Shown here: positions 24,850 to 39,869 of the stretch, one piece after another
Position numbering within the stretch: the stretch's first letter is position 1
How the letters are laid out: each line of letters begins with the position of its first letter
DNA from: Trichoplax adhaerens
Taxonomy: Eukaryota > Animalia > Placozoa
Direction of reading: 5' to 3'
NCBI RefSeq assembly: GCF_000150275.1
Contig: NW_002060946.1
Span: forward strand, 6,801,855 to 6,865,854
DNA length: 64,000 nt
Notes under the pieces: model-generated
What the model saw: the letters and a program-made list of their open reading frames with translations, nothing else
Databases searched by the model: none
Told to the model about the DNA's origin: nothing
Made by a program: the position numbers and the translations under genes

Positions 24850-27800
24850 TTACACATTTGTCTCATAAACGATATGCCTCGTAGTAGGCGTAACATTTGC
24901 TTGATAGTTGGTATCAATAGAATTACTACCACTATCATTGTCGCCATCATAGGCAGTAGCGTTGTTGGCTGTATCTATGCTTTTCTTTTGGTGTTTAATC
25001 AATTTCTTGAAAAGATTATACTTAGACGATTTGCTTGCTTCATGAGATGTTGAATGAATGAACGTTGATGCAACACATAGTTTTGTATTGCATCCAGCTG
25101 GTAGTTGAATCATAAATGTTCCTAATTGGACGTTTTTATTTCTCATTTGCTGAACGCATAATGGCGCCTTCATTGCTTCACCTTCTACGCTACCACTGCG
25201 TTCATTTTCATATAGAAGATGGAATATCTGATATGGTCTACTTTTCATATCTTCTACAGCTTCTTGCCTTTGGAGCACAACTCGGTATTGTTTCACTTTC
25301 CAAATCAGTAAGGCTATACCAAAGGCTAAAAATAACGAAGTAAAGAACGCTGCTAGAAAAATAAGCATATTAAAGCTTGAATATGGCTGATCAAAATGGA
25401 TTGTAGCGAAAGATTGTTCATGATGTCTAGTTGGAAAAATGGTTACGTAAAAATCACTTTCTTGGACTTTAGAAGTTCCAGTTTTGGGTATGATTATTGT
25501 AGTTTTGAAGGAAACTCCTTTCAGTTTAACGATTTCCCTTTTAAATATTATATAATTTTGATGTCTTTCCTTTGAAATGTCAATCTCAGTCATAGCTGAT
25601 TTACTTATATTCACTAAATTAATGTATCTACCATTTATTCCGTGGTCAATAAGCACTACCTCTGACTTCTTCGCAATGTAGATATCGGCTGTTGCATTAT
25701 AGATGGAGACAGTAATACGTATATCCACGTTGGAATAGATAGATGAGATATGAAAATTAGTGGATAAATTTACTGCTGATAATGGTTCTTTTTCAATTAA
25801 GCCTCTCTGTATTTCAAGTTCTTTATAACATTGGCGACCACCTATCCCTTCGCCCTTGTAACCAGCTTGACATTTCGAACACTAGTTCCGTATAAAAATT
25901 GTATAAATGAAATAAAAAATGAGATAAGACTTAAAGAAAAAACAGTAGTCTGTTTATATATATATATTATTTGTCTTAATCATCAGTTTAGGCAGGAATA
26001 TCAATTAATGTGAAATGAGATAAATCTGTGAACTGTTACAATTTGATTAACCTGTCGGTATCGACAATCTGAAGTGGTATGATCGCACGGTGATATTGTT
26101 TTATCTGCACAAGAACAATTTAATCCATCGAATTTGTTGCATGCTAATCCATGTCCATTACATTCACATCTGAAGGAAGAACAAAGTCGTGAAATAAGAA
26201 CATATGAAATGTACAGTATAACGAAGGAAATATATTTCATCAATTTATACAATATCCTTAGATTATCTATTCCACTATTATAAATTTTAAATACTAATCA
26301 CTTTTGTAGATAAATAATTAATACTTGGCCAAAGGTGTATAAAATTCTATACCTTTGACAAGGTGAACTTTCGTGTAAGCGAAAGAATCCAGTCTTGCAT
26401 TGATCACACTTCTTTCCCTCCATATTACCACTACAATTCAAACAGATAGCATCCTGCTGATTCGGGCCTATACTTTGCTTCTTTAATATCTAAAGAAATA
26501 AATGTAAGCTTATAACTTCATTCTTTGGTGACATTAGAATACTATAAAAGCTAAAGATATTTATCAGATAACAATATAACATGATTTAAATGTGACTGAC
26601 CTCTTTCAGGCTTGGAAATACACCATCAGATCGCAAACTTTTGTATTGGTCATCCGATACACATATATTGCTATGGTAGTTACAAAATTTTAAACAGGAC
26701 GTACATATTGAATCATTGTTATGCATGGATTTTACAAATAATGGCTTGCATTCATGGCAATATTTTCCCTGAAATTTGTGAAGAATTAGATATTTATCAA
26801 AACACATTTCAATACCATACACATAATATATCACACTAATTAAACAATAAATAGCAGAATTTCGAAGTATTTTCTTACCTGAGAATTGTTGTGACACTTT
26901 AAGCATATATCAGTATGAGTAGTATTCGGACAAGTAGAATGACTATTACAGTTACATTTCTTTTCGCAATATTCTCCGACATAACCAGTATAGCAACTAC
27001 AGTTATTAGGCTGAGTGCAATATCCATGATGATTGCAGCGATCTTTGCAAATAGGCATGCATTTTTCTCTATTTGGATGATAGTAAATAATATAATTAGA
27101 GCATATGTTTACATTTAATTAACATTTTCAATTTATCTTTAAGCATCTACTTGATTTATTACGTTGGTTCACCAACTCACCCTCGCAATTCATATCCGGC
27201 GACACAACTACAAATAAAAGAAGTAGGAGTATCTATGCAATTTTCAACATCAACACAGTCATGATTGCCATTTTCACACTCATTCTCCATAGGGCAAGAA
27301 AGGACATTCCAAGATGTAAAGCTTTTACTTAGTGCAGAGCTTGGGAAAATATCATTTAAGCACTGCTTCTGCATGGATGATTCCATGCAAATTCCTACCA
27401 AATTAAGAATTATGACAATATTACCACGAATAACAAATTAATAATTTGTATCTTAGAATGTATTATAAATATATATATTCGTTTCATTTACGCAAGATGC
27501 AATAGATTTAAGAATAATCGTAACCTTGCCCCGAGTAATTTCCTAAGGTATATTTTGCACACCAGGAGCAGTTCAATTGGCTATTGCAACTTCTACAATT
27601 CTTAAAGTTCCTACATGGACGAGGGCAATGATTAGGGCTGCTCAACAATTGGCCACAAGTTCCTCCAGCACAGATCAATGGAAGGGCACTCGGAGGTAGA
27701 CATTTTGACTTGGAAATACTCCAAACACAGTGACCAGATACTTCATCGGCTAACTGTCCAGTACATTCATAACAACTTTTACGATTTTGGCAAATCGATG

Positions 27801-30800
27801 GGCAAGAATCATTAATGACACTATTTGTGGTTATGTGTTGTGCAGGTTCGCATGCATACGACGTACTAGTACTAAAAACTGTCTTATGGAATAGTGAATA
27901 ATCTTTAACTGATTTCCAAGAGCAACTACATGAATGGCATGATGGTGAATTGCACCTTCTTTCTTTACAGCTACTAGCAGTAGTCATTTTTGTAAGAGAA
28001 CTGGTTTCACAAGGACCTTTTGTTCTTGTAATCAAATTAGCAATTTCTCTCGGATCTGTGTTGACAGATCGACACATTTTGATTCCGCAACCGGTAAACC
28101 AAGCACAATTATCACTGGATAAACATTCAATGCAATTACTATATCTTTGACAAAAATCAATCAGTCTTGGACTAGATTTAATGCAGTCGGGGCCATTATC
28201 TGACTCAGAAAAACAACCAGCTTTAGTAGGACACCAACTACATCGTACACTACACCAAGGACAAAGTTGTTGATTAATAGAAGTGTCACCGGTACATTCC
28301 TGGTAGTTATCAATCAGTTGGCATGTATCATTCGTTAAAGTTAAAGAATATGCTCTACTAAATGGTTGCCCATTGAATCCACCAAGTAATAAAACGCTCC
28401 CAGAACGAACTATTGCATGTACATTGATAAATGGAATAGGCCGCTCGCTAAATACGCAGTTTTCTATGCAAGTTATACAAAATCAAAAAAAGATTAATTA
28501 ATTAGTAATCGTTTATTTTATAGCGTAATCATTGATAGCTTTTACAAACATACTTTCGAGAAATTTATTGAAAAATAACAACTTTTTAGACTTACTTGAA
28601 GGATGAATGGCTCGCCAAATTCCGAATCTTAAATTAAAGGCTGCGACGTTATTCGAATAACTCGATGTCGCATATATAGAGGGATTTTGATCATTTGAAA
28701 AGCTTCCACCAAATACATACATGTTATGTTCGTAAAGAACTGCAGAATGAAATAATCGGCTAGCTCCATTAGCACCAAAAAGTACCGAAAATTTCAAGTT
28801 GTTAACATTCAGTTTCAAGATTCGGGAAGACATAGATTCATTTCCTATCCAGTATCCGAAACCTCCGTAGACGTAGATACTTTCACTTGTTGGATAATAT
28901 ATCGCGCTATGACCGTATATACCTATTTAACATTAGCATTATCTAATTACGACCTTATACTTAACAATGTCTATTTTACTATTACCTACTGTCTCTAACT
29001 AATCTGTAAGATGTTAGCATGACTACATATTGTTAGGGCTGGAAAAAAATTGAAGATAGGTTAATTTATTGTACCTGCTGGAGGTGTTCCAAAGGTTGAG
29101 GCAAGACTGGATTTTCTGGTGTCAATAGAGTAAATCTCTTCCTCAGTTACATAGCCCTGACTGTCCGAATATCCACCAATAATATAAACCTTGCCTTTTG
29201 CTATCGTAGCAGTATGTCCAGCACGCCGACGAAGCATGTTCTAATTATAATATGTGTAGTATAATGATGTTTAATGTTTATCCATTTTACCAGCTATCAC
29301 ATAAATACCTGTATTACTCACCGAGCTTTGCACCCAAACATGATTGACGATATCATAGTGCCAGATTTGATTACTAATTATTCCATCATCGGTTATACCG
29401 CCGAAAATTATCATTTCATCCTAGACGAAAATTAAAGCAATTTGCAGCTATCCGTTTTGATCACTATTTTTGTTATATTATTCTATTCTATTCAAGGATT
29501 GGATTATTTACCTTATAAACTACAGCGCTGTGGAAATATCTACCAACAGGGTAAGTACTTTTCAATGAAGCAACAATTTTCAGGGTTTTCATATCCGTAG
29601 ATAGTTGATAGTGTTGAACTATATTTGAAATTCCCTTTCCTACCTGGTAGCCACCAAATGTTATAATCGCAGAATTTTGATGATAAACTACCGAATGACC
29701 CAAAAGGCTTGAAAAGTCTGCATCATTCGACGGTGTTGATATTAAAGTATTCCAAAGTAACTGTTTCGATTTTAACCTTGACATACAATCAACTCCATAA
29801 AAGCCCCTGAGACAATCGCATTTACCTGTAATCTAAATTCCATTTATGTAAAAAATATTCAGCCTTTTATATGCCTATTTATCGAAGTCTTAATGGTTGA
29901 TAATTAAAATTTAGATTTACCTTATTGCATTTTCCTCCTTGACCTTGTTCATTACATTGATTTGGGCACCGTAACTGATCACATAGTAGTCCTAAATAAC
30001 CGTCCAAACACTTACAGATACCTCCTTCACAACGTCTATTGCCTAAACAGTCACTATTACGGCGACAATGATTGTGCTTAATAAATGCTTTAAACATTGC
30101 ATCCGAAGTTGATCGGAGATTTGTAACCACTACCGTCAAAACCCCAGTGGTAGATGTTATAGGTTTTGGAGTTTCTTGACCACAGAATGAAGCCAATAAG
30201 TTACCTAAAAATAACCAGAGAAAGGAATATAAATACAACACTCTCTGTATGAATAATAACGCAATTACATTGATTATTGTATGTGTATGTTGTATAACCT
30301 GATGCCTGATCGATTCTACTCGTATTTGCAAATGGATAGCCATCGTAAATATGAACAAACTGAATTGAACACAAGGTATTAAATGTATCCACAAATTCTA
30401 TATAGATATGTTCATTTGTACCACGTTGAGATTGACTAGTATAGAGGCTATTCTCCATAGACGTTGCAATTGTCCATATACAAGTATTATGTCGATTTCT
30501 TTTTTGTAAACTTGACGGCAATATACCAATAGCGGTAGTAGAATTGGATACAATTAAAGTTCGACCATCGCATTCGCGATAACATATACCACCATTTCTA
30601 TTAATAGTTAATAAGGATAAGCAATTACTAAAATTACAAACAGAATATAATTTTAAATGAAATTGACAATCTTTTTTCCACATACTTTGGGTCACCAAAA
30701 TATCCCAGGGCACATACTTCACAATGTTTTCCTGTAGTACTGTTATCACAATGGCAATGACCAGTAACTATATTACATGTCTGACTATGACCATGGCATT

Positions 30801-33800
30801 GGCAAGGAACGCAACTTCCACCATTTTCAGGGTTACCATAAAATCCAATGCGACAATGTTCGCACTTGGGCCCAGCTGTATTTGCTATAGATTGCATAGG
30901 AATTTGTATGTATAGTTTGTATCAGTAATAAATTGATAATAAATCAAGTAAAAGCAACACTCGTTGTAAGATACATTCTGATACCTTCACATTGATCACA
31001 GATTCCAACACCTTTATTACATGTACTGCGTTTATTACAACCACAATCGATATTGCAAGTAGGTCCTGTCCAACCTTTCTTACATTGACATTTGAATGGT
31101 GGCTTTTGGGGACATTCTCCGTTAATACATTCTTCATAGCAACTATAGAATTGAAAAACCCGTCATTCATGACAGACTAGTTCGCTACTCCAAATTTAAG
31201 TTACTACTTGCGAATAGAGTACTAACGTTTCGTGACATTGGAAACCATCGCCAATGAAACCTCGATTACATTTGCATTCATAACCGTTTGAGGTATCGGA
31301 GCAGGTAGCATTTTGATGGCATTTATGTAGGTTTAGTTGACATTCATTAATAATTGGACAAGATTGGTAGTGCCACGTAATATTTGTTCCTGTGGGCATA
31401 ATAGCATTACAGGACTGTTGGAAAGATGAGTTTGCATCACCTTTTAAGCATCTAGAAGTAAATTGATCCAATATACAAACACGTACCGTTATTGTAACAT
31501 TTACAAATAAGAAAAAAGGAATTATCAACAAGATCCTACATATTATTTCAACACTGATTCATATTTAAACGGAGAGCATAATTAAAGCCTTACTTTCCAT
31601 TATAGGGGTTAGCACTAGTTGCACACCAACCACATGTACGGTCTGTGATGCAATTACGACATAGAGTATGTTGAGAGCAATTTCTGCAGGTACTGTAAAA
31701 ATATTAGTTAAAATTAGCGTCGATGTAATAATAAATCATAAAGTAGCATAAGTTTTTTATTAACTCACGATGCAGCTCCAATTTGCCAGTCTGAACATTC
31801 GCCAAATCGAAAGGTACTCGCACGGGTATGTCGATCATAGCATCGATTTAAGTTATAGCACCAACCACAACTTTGATCAGACAGACATGAGCTACAACTT
31901 TTTCTTTTCGCACATGATGGCTTACATAACTCATTAGAATCAACATACTTGACCCCTGTGTGAATTTTCACACCAACACATTTTGAAGTTGTCGGTAACC
32001 ATACACAATTAGCCTGCAACAATGATATAGATATTTTTTAATGTCAATTCTGAATAACCCTTTACGTTTAATAATAAATAGCATCATTTAAGTTGTTGGT
32101 TCATGGTAAATGTAGCTGTATCATAATTGTGTTATTATTTATATATTCGTAAATACAAGATCTGAGTTAAAATCCTATTTATCCACTTACCGAGGTGCAA
32201 CTACCACATGTAAAGTGATCCTGACATGTCATACATAGATTTTTACTGTAGATCAAATAAGCACTATCACTATGATGTGGTCGACAAGAAGTATTTCCTT
32301 CTCGAAGTAAGCATGAGGATTTAATTGGACACCATGCACAACTACTATCGGAAATACAAGTCATACAGTCTGAGTAAATTAAACAATTGCCGAATCGATA
32401 TGGTTCTAGAACTCTTTGCGTTATAACCTAGAAAAAAATGATCGATAACATGTATATATGTTTATTAGTATTTCATGTACATCTTTGATCATTGTTCATT
32501 GTATAGACTATTAGCAATGCAAAATATGTCTGTGATAACCTTCGCTTTCTGGGATTTAATTCCTGCATTCCATTCTAATCGCAATCGAGCCTCACTCACT
32601 TCAGGATCTTCGTTCCAAGGGGTACATTTAATTTGTAAAGCATACTTTTGATTGGGTTCCCCATTAGTAGACAAAACGTTTGGTTCTGAGCCATGAGGGA
32701 TAGTAACAGATTCATAATATTGATCTTTGTAACCTACTCGACCTACAGTTTTCTAGAGTTTTAATAAATAAAGTTTCAATTAGTCTAGATTTACTCTCAC
32801 ACGTTATTAACGGTTTTGTTCATCGATTATCGAAAATTTAAAATATATGTGGCATTATTTATTGACAGCAGCTTTGAAATTATGACGATTATCAATAATT
32901 ACCAAATTTGTTGGATCAGAAGTAGTTCCAAATTTTAAATCACAAGATTGGTAAGAGCTTCCAAGACGAAACTGAAATTGGCTATCTTGTGAAGGAATTT
33001 GATACGGATAGAACTGTCCACGAAGTTGGATGGCTGGATTATTCTTTATATTCGAATTAATCGCCCATGTTGTAAGAGCTGTTGGTGTAAAGAATAAATC
33101 ATCTACGATTGTAAAATTGTAATAGGGTAGCAAATTGCTTGTATAACGTCGGTAATGTCGAGTTATTGTTAATCCAACTTCTATGTCTTGGGTGATGCAC
33201 TGATCAGCATCTTTTACGTAAGATGATATATTACTGGCTAACCCAGCAAATTTTGGACATGAAATACTATTTTCATTGCAAGTTTTACTAGAACTACACC
33301 AATAGCATAAATTGCCACTAAAAGTATTACAAGTTTGGCAAGATTGAAAAAGTTTGCAAGGATTGGAACAAGTTGGAAGGCGCCAAGTAGATTTGCAGAT
33401 TTTAAGCCTTTTATAACGACTAATTTCGCTTCTGCTAAGGCAAAGTGACGACAATGAACTACTGGCTAAACTTGTTGAATTAAGCTCGTTACATTGTACA
33501 CAGTTGAGATCGTCTAAACATGAATAATCTTCATGCGATAGGCAATGTGAATAGATATGCGAACCATCGTTTAAGGTAATGGAGTATTTATCTGATTTTT
33601 TATTGATTCTTGTAGATATCGTCGGTGGTATTTTGTAAGCTACAACTTGATTAGTGATAGTACCAGAGAAGCCACCAATAATTAGCATCAATTTATCATC
33701 TATACCCAGTGCTACATGAGATGATCGACCACTTAAAGTGATTGACTTGGTAAATAGTGAAGTTTTTACCCATTGATGGCAATCAAGATGGAAGATGTAC

Positions 33801-36800
33801 AATTTGTCATTAATACATTTTTGATCAGTATTGGAAAATTTGGGGCTACCACCTGATGGAGAGAAATACGAAAATTTATTTTTAAGACTTTCGAAATTTA
33901 TTAATAGCGTACATACTTGGATTTAAAACTAACCATAAATAAGTAAATAGTTATGCACTAGCGTTGTCGTATGATAAGCCATTGGAGGGGACGCAGTCAA
34001 TGGAGCTACATCTTTATCTTCGATCTTGGTCCACAGTCCGGATTGAAAGTGTAAAGCATAAATAGTATTTTGCATAGATCCAACACTAAAGTTGTAATAA
34101 ATTAACGGGTAGAATTATTAAACAACAAGTATGTTAATTAAAACATTGATTTTAATCCGATAAGTTGCTCAAAAATTTTACCTTTTATAGTTTAATTTCC
34201 ATCCGCCAAAGATAATTAAAGATTTCATAGGTTTGTAATAAACTGTGGTGTGACCAATAAGACGTTTTGCACCATATGGATCTCCCAGTGTGTAAAACAA
34301 AAACCATTTGGCTTTGTCTAAACCATGAGATAAATCTAGCATGTAAGCATTGGGATTTGCGATATTACCATCTACTCGCCGTCCTGTAAAACATTGATGC
34401 CGATGCTTAGCGAAATGGAAACATTGCACAATATCCTCGGTATAAATACTATTATGTAGATTATGTGCTGGAATTAAAATTTGCTTATAGCAACACCACG
34501 GCAATAATATTGTAAATCATACCTCCAATAATAACCAATTTATTTTCTACTAAAGTAGCAGTATGAGAGGCCATAGGTTCTGGTGCTTCTGAATTTTTGA
34601 TTGTCAATAAACTCCAGTGCTCAGAAGTGGTATTAAATAGCCACAACTCATTCGTTAATTCGCCATTCGATAGTTCACCGCCAAACATCAGTAGGTGATC
34701 ATTAAAGTTAGCAATGGTATGAAACCTTCGCCCGGCCTAATAGAATAAAAGTCAAAGATAAAGGCAGCTGTAGTGATAATAATTTATGGTAGAGATTTTA
34801 AAAAGAAATTATTACTTACAGGTCGAGGACTTTCAAGTGTTACAGTTGTCCATGCATTAGTTAAGAGAGAGTATTTACATAAACTATCAATAGTTCCATT
34901 GGCAAGAGAAAAACCTAACAGTTACAGTTATGATTTAGATGAGTAGGAAACTTGATGACATACAACTAGTAAATAATCAACAACACTGATATATAATAAA
35001 ATTTTATATTAAAGATCAATATAAATGCGCATAAAAGGGAGTTCATAAATGATAAGCATCGCAGTTGATAACTATTCTGATTTTTTAATTCTAATCAGTA
35101 ATTCTGTTTATACCTCCAAAAACCCAAACCGTTTGGCTTTTTCGGACGTAAATTCCCGCATGACCAGCTCTAGGGTTTTCTAAATCCAACGTAGCACCAA
35201 TCCAGCTATCTTCAGAGTTATCTGCTGTGTCAAGTCTTAAGCTACAATTTCTTCCAATAACTCCAGCATCACAAATACACCGCTGTTCCTTCTATAATAT
35301 ACCGCAAGGTCAAGTTGACAGAAATATTAGAAATAACTATTTTTTAACATTCATATTTCAAATCTTTCAAAGCAATCTTCTAAATTTCTACTAATATTGT
35401 TGTACTGGTATAAATGATTTATAATTTAAGGAAAGAGTATGAATAATAAAGATAACTAATGGTTAATTACCGCATCACAGTATCCGTAATTTTGATTTTT
35501 TAGACAATCATTAGGGCACGATCTGATATCGCATGCACGACCAAGCCAGCCATTTTGGCATTGACATATACCACTAATGCAGTTGCCTCTGTTGGAGCAG
35601 TTGTTTGGACAAGGCGTAATCGTGTACTTTGATGAAAATCCTAAACCTTGCATTGAACTTTGGCTAACTAGAACGATTAACATCTGCGAAATATAGCAAA
35701 ATATACGTAGTGTTCATTAAGATACATTTCAATTTATCCTACTTTCGCTTCAATAATTAAAATGTTCTTTCTAAACTGTATTGCAATTAGTAAATAGGCG
35801 TTTATTTGATCGATTATATTAATTGCTTGTACGATAGAAGCGTTATAACGGATTGGATATTGCATATGACGTAAATTTTCTATGGTATGAATGTCTACCT
35901 GTTATACTGTATAATACATACCTGACCAGAATAAGCATAATAGTCGGTAACTATCGAATAATCATGGCCACTCAATGATGCAATCATAGGAGACTCAAGG
36001 CTGCTACTGCCATCGTAAATATAGACAAATTGGTCTAAACATTTCGTCTCGAAATAAGTAATGGATAATTTGATGCTACTAGTAATCTCGTTGGCTAAGA
36101 TACGTAGCGAATTTTCAATGATAAGGATAATTCCACATATTTGCCAATGGGAAATGATGCAGATGAAATATAAATATAAAATAGATCATGAGGATAGAAT
36201 TAATGAGAAGGAGTTTACTTAGCAAGACTCAATAGTAGTACCTTTAAGAATATTATTATAAATGGTATGAAATAAGATCAACATCATATTAGTCCTTACA
36301 GTCTAGTTCTATTTTTACATCATTGATTATATACTAATATGTAATTGGTTCCGATCAAGAATTACTCGATAAATAAATTAGTATTTGCCTGTTTTACGAA
36401 AGTTATATCATATACTTATACATAATATAGATGATAAGTGTTTTAAATCTTCCTACATTGAGAAGAATATAAGTATCGAACCTGTTTTATAGAAGTTATA
36501 CGGTATAGTTATACATAATATAGCTGAAATTAAAAGTGTTTTAAATCTTCGTTCATGTCAAGGATACTCGTGTAGAACCTGTTTTATAGCATTATACTGT
36601 ATAGCTATTTACACCTAAAAATGTTTTAAATTTTCCTACGTGCAACTAATAGAGTGGATGCTCAGCGAGAACCTACTTTTAGACAGTTATATCGTATAAT
36701 TTATACACGAAATAGTTGAAATGTAGTTTTAAATCTTCCTACATAAGAATGATGGAATAAAATATTGGTATAGAACCTATTTTATACAAGTTATTCGGTA

Positions 36801-37816
36801 TAATTAGCCTTAATATAGCTGAAAGCTGTTTTAAGTCTTCCTTCATGAGAATGAAAGTTATACCGTACAGTTATACATCATATAACTGAAGTTAACAGTG
36901 TTTTAAAATATTCCTACGAGAGCAGGATTTTCGTATAGAACCTATTATATTGTATAGTTATACATATACATAATACAGCTAAAAAATGTTTTAAATCTTC
37001 TTACGTGTAAATAATAGAGTAGAAGCTCGTAGAGAACCTATTTTATGACAATTATCTCGTATAATTATATAAGATATAGTTGAAATGTAGTTTTAATCTT
37101 TCTATATAAGAATGATGGAATAAAATTATTGGTATAGAAACTGTCTTATACAAGTCATATTCTATAGTTCGACATAATATAGCTAAAAAATGTTTTAAAT
37201 ATTCCTACATGGGAATGATAGAGTAGAAGATCGTAAGGAACCTATTTTATGACAGTTATATCGTATAACTCTATATATGATGTAGTTGAAATGTAGTTTA
37301 AATCTTCCTACATAAGTATGATGGGATAGAATACTGGTAAAGAGTCCATTTTACGGAATTCATATCGTATAGCGATACATAGTATAACTTAAAAGTATTT
37401 TAAATTTTCCTATACAAGGGAAATGGAATATAAAATACCCATATCAGAGACTACTACATAAATGGAAAAAGAACTCCCTTTGTTCCAGTAGCTCCTTTTA
37501 CTAGAAGAGGATTAAAGTTTTGCTATCTTCTTATTCATATCGTTCTTAATCTGTACGAGTAGGATAAAAGTTGAAGGAGATTATAACACTATTTTTTACC
37601 TTTTATGAGCCATTCGCACGTAATACCGTTGGGATTATCATTAAATCCTTCAGCCTGGATAGCGCCAGTCGTGGTATTAGTGATTAAAGTTCTTTTAGAA
37701 CAATTTCCAACAACAACCGGAAGATCTAGACTGAGTAATATCGTCAAAATAAAGTAGAATAATCTTTTACAGTAGGGCACACGCTGATAGATAGATCGCC
37801 AAGGATAGCAAGCCAT
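24850..37816 (-). CDS. MEGF8: Multiple EGF-like domains protein 8 (MEGF8/attractin superfamily), multi-exon type I membrane protein
   Basis: Domain order: signal peptide and CUB (CEWLIK; YIYDG...IASLSG), EGF, Kelch repeats (MFGGELSNGELTNELW), PSI repeats, Ca-EGF (NECQLNLHKCHQNATC), laminin-EGF, second CUB (FCGQETPKPI), second Kelch set, PSI/EGF/LE, TM (MLIFLAAFFTSLFLAFGIALLIW) and cytoplasmic MKSRPY. Two CUB/Kelch modules distinguish it from attractin. The start ATG at 37816 is inferred, and I did not verify every junction. Confidence 0.9.
36385..37430. repeat. Degenerate tandem array (~100-120-bp units, about 9 copies) in MEGF8 intron 1
   Basis: Recurring gttata(t)cgtata...atatag(c/t)tgaaa...gttttaaatcttcctac...agaacctatttta. 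Confidence 0.9.
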
Positions 37817-38889
37817 GATTAATAACGACTTGAACAATCGATGACGATGCCGTCCGTAAAAAAAGAGAGGAATTAAAATTAGCTTGAACGATTTTTAGAG
37901 TAAACGTTAACAGGACCACAGGACTTTTACGACATAGGCAATAGAAATAGATTACGGATGGTTAATAGTTGTAAAAGTAATCAAAGTGGATCGCTTCTTT
38001 ATCGCGTTAACCAACCTTGCCTGTAAGTAGACAAAAAATTAGAGTCAAAAATAATGCCAATAAGTAGGAGAAGGATATTGAGACTTTAGTTATCAATGAT
38101 GTAAACCATGGATTCCTATCATGATCAGTAATTTTAGGAATTCATACTGTAACTACGACCCATCATTGAAATTAAATCCATTGCCATGTTGTAGTTGTTG
38201 ACTATTGACTTTATAAGACATTGCAAATAGCAATCTTCAATCACTCTTCTTTGCGTAATTGGATAGAAATGGCATTGGCTATCTCTGATAGGAGATGGTT
38301 GCCGACCGATCAAGATTGAATAACATGCATGCATGCTCAAATAGAATAGCATCACGAATCCATAACTACTCGTATATTATAATCCGCTGTAAATCAAATA
38401 ACCGACATGGATCAATCGATTGATTATTATAATCGGATCGTCATGATCAAAAAAAATTGGGGAATTTATTGACAATTGGCGGCATCATCTAAAGGATCAA
38501 CAAGAAGACGGATATTATGCTATACGTATATTCTACTGTATATCCCACTCGTCTCATAATTTAATTTAAATTACGAATAGTATAAAATTCGCTTGATTGA
38601 TAGATACAGAGTTTAACGGGGAAATGAACTGTCTTGTGTGAATGAAAGGCGATAGAAAAGGAGTCTATTAGTATGGAGACGATGATGAGAAAATTAAATT
38701 TTTTTTCCTGATAAATGAGTTAGTAAAGTCCAAGCATCTTTTCTACTGTACGCGTATGTTGGCGAACCATATCAGTTTAGGGACTACTAAAAGAGAAAAA
38801 ATGTTTTCTCCTCATTTTAGTCGTTCCTGGCCATATTGATCAAAGGAACATCGCCCATCTACTTTATTTATACTGTAAATATACAGCCT

Positions 38890-39480
38890 TAAAAATTAGT
38901 CTAGTGACTGAAAGTAGGGGAGAAGGCTATCGAAAAGAAGAGGTCTTTTTGCGGGTCAAAGTGAGTAACAAATTTCCTCCAATGCATTAGGCAAGGATTC
39001 AAGGACTACTAAATCTTAAGCAAGATTGAATAGTCCATGAATCGATAGGCCTTCTCGACGCATGATGGCTAATAATATCGCAATGCAATTTCATCATGTC
39101 TACGTATAACATTCAAAGTTAGTCTAGTGACTGAAAGTAGGGAAAAGGCTATCGAAAAGAACAGGTCTCTTAGTGGATCAAAGTAGATGAAAAAATTCAC
39201 TCTACAGTAAATGAATCCATCAATCCATAGACATGACTGCTAAATCTTAGTAGACCATGCCATAGGTCTTCTCGACGCTCGATGGCTAATAATATCACAG
39301 TTCAATTTTATTGTAAGGACTCCTTTCTTAGCTTACATAAGGGCTTGCTATGAAGGATCTATTTCATTTCTAAGCATAGCGTTCAAAATTCGTCTATTGA
39401 CTAAATGTAGGGAAATTAATATCGAAGTAACATACTTCTTCGTAGGTAAAGTGAGGGAAAATTTACGCTAATGAATCTTG
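38890..39480. repeat. Degenerate repeat, ~225-270-bp unit x3
   Basis: ttagtctagtgactgaaagtaggg..aaggctatcgaaaagaa.aggtc at ~38896 and ~39119, with a decayed copy at ~39389. taggycttctcgacgc..gatggctaataatatc is also shared. Confidence 0.85.
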
Positions 39481-39869
39481 ATCATGGTGCGAATCAATAA
39501 TCAATATTATGATCATAGCATGGCGATTGGCATTGAACGATTATTCTATCCTGCATGGCTTGAAAAATCAATCAAATGCCAGACGCCTGTCTGATGATGG
39601 GCATTAAGTGAAGCTAATTCAATTAAATTAACAAATTGGGTTGTCCCATATGGGTCGAAATAAATGACGTTGATTGCCAGTTAGCCATTAGGAAAATGGA
39701 TTAATCCGAAGTGTTAATCAAAATAAAAACAACAACAAACGATGGATTACTGTCGAATCAAGCCATCAATGCATCCTATAATGCTAGATTGGCTTGAATG
39801 ATAATCGTCATTCCTTAGCCATGATTAGAAAATAATAACCGCTAGACAATTTATACATCAACGGAATGG

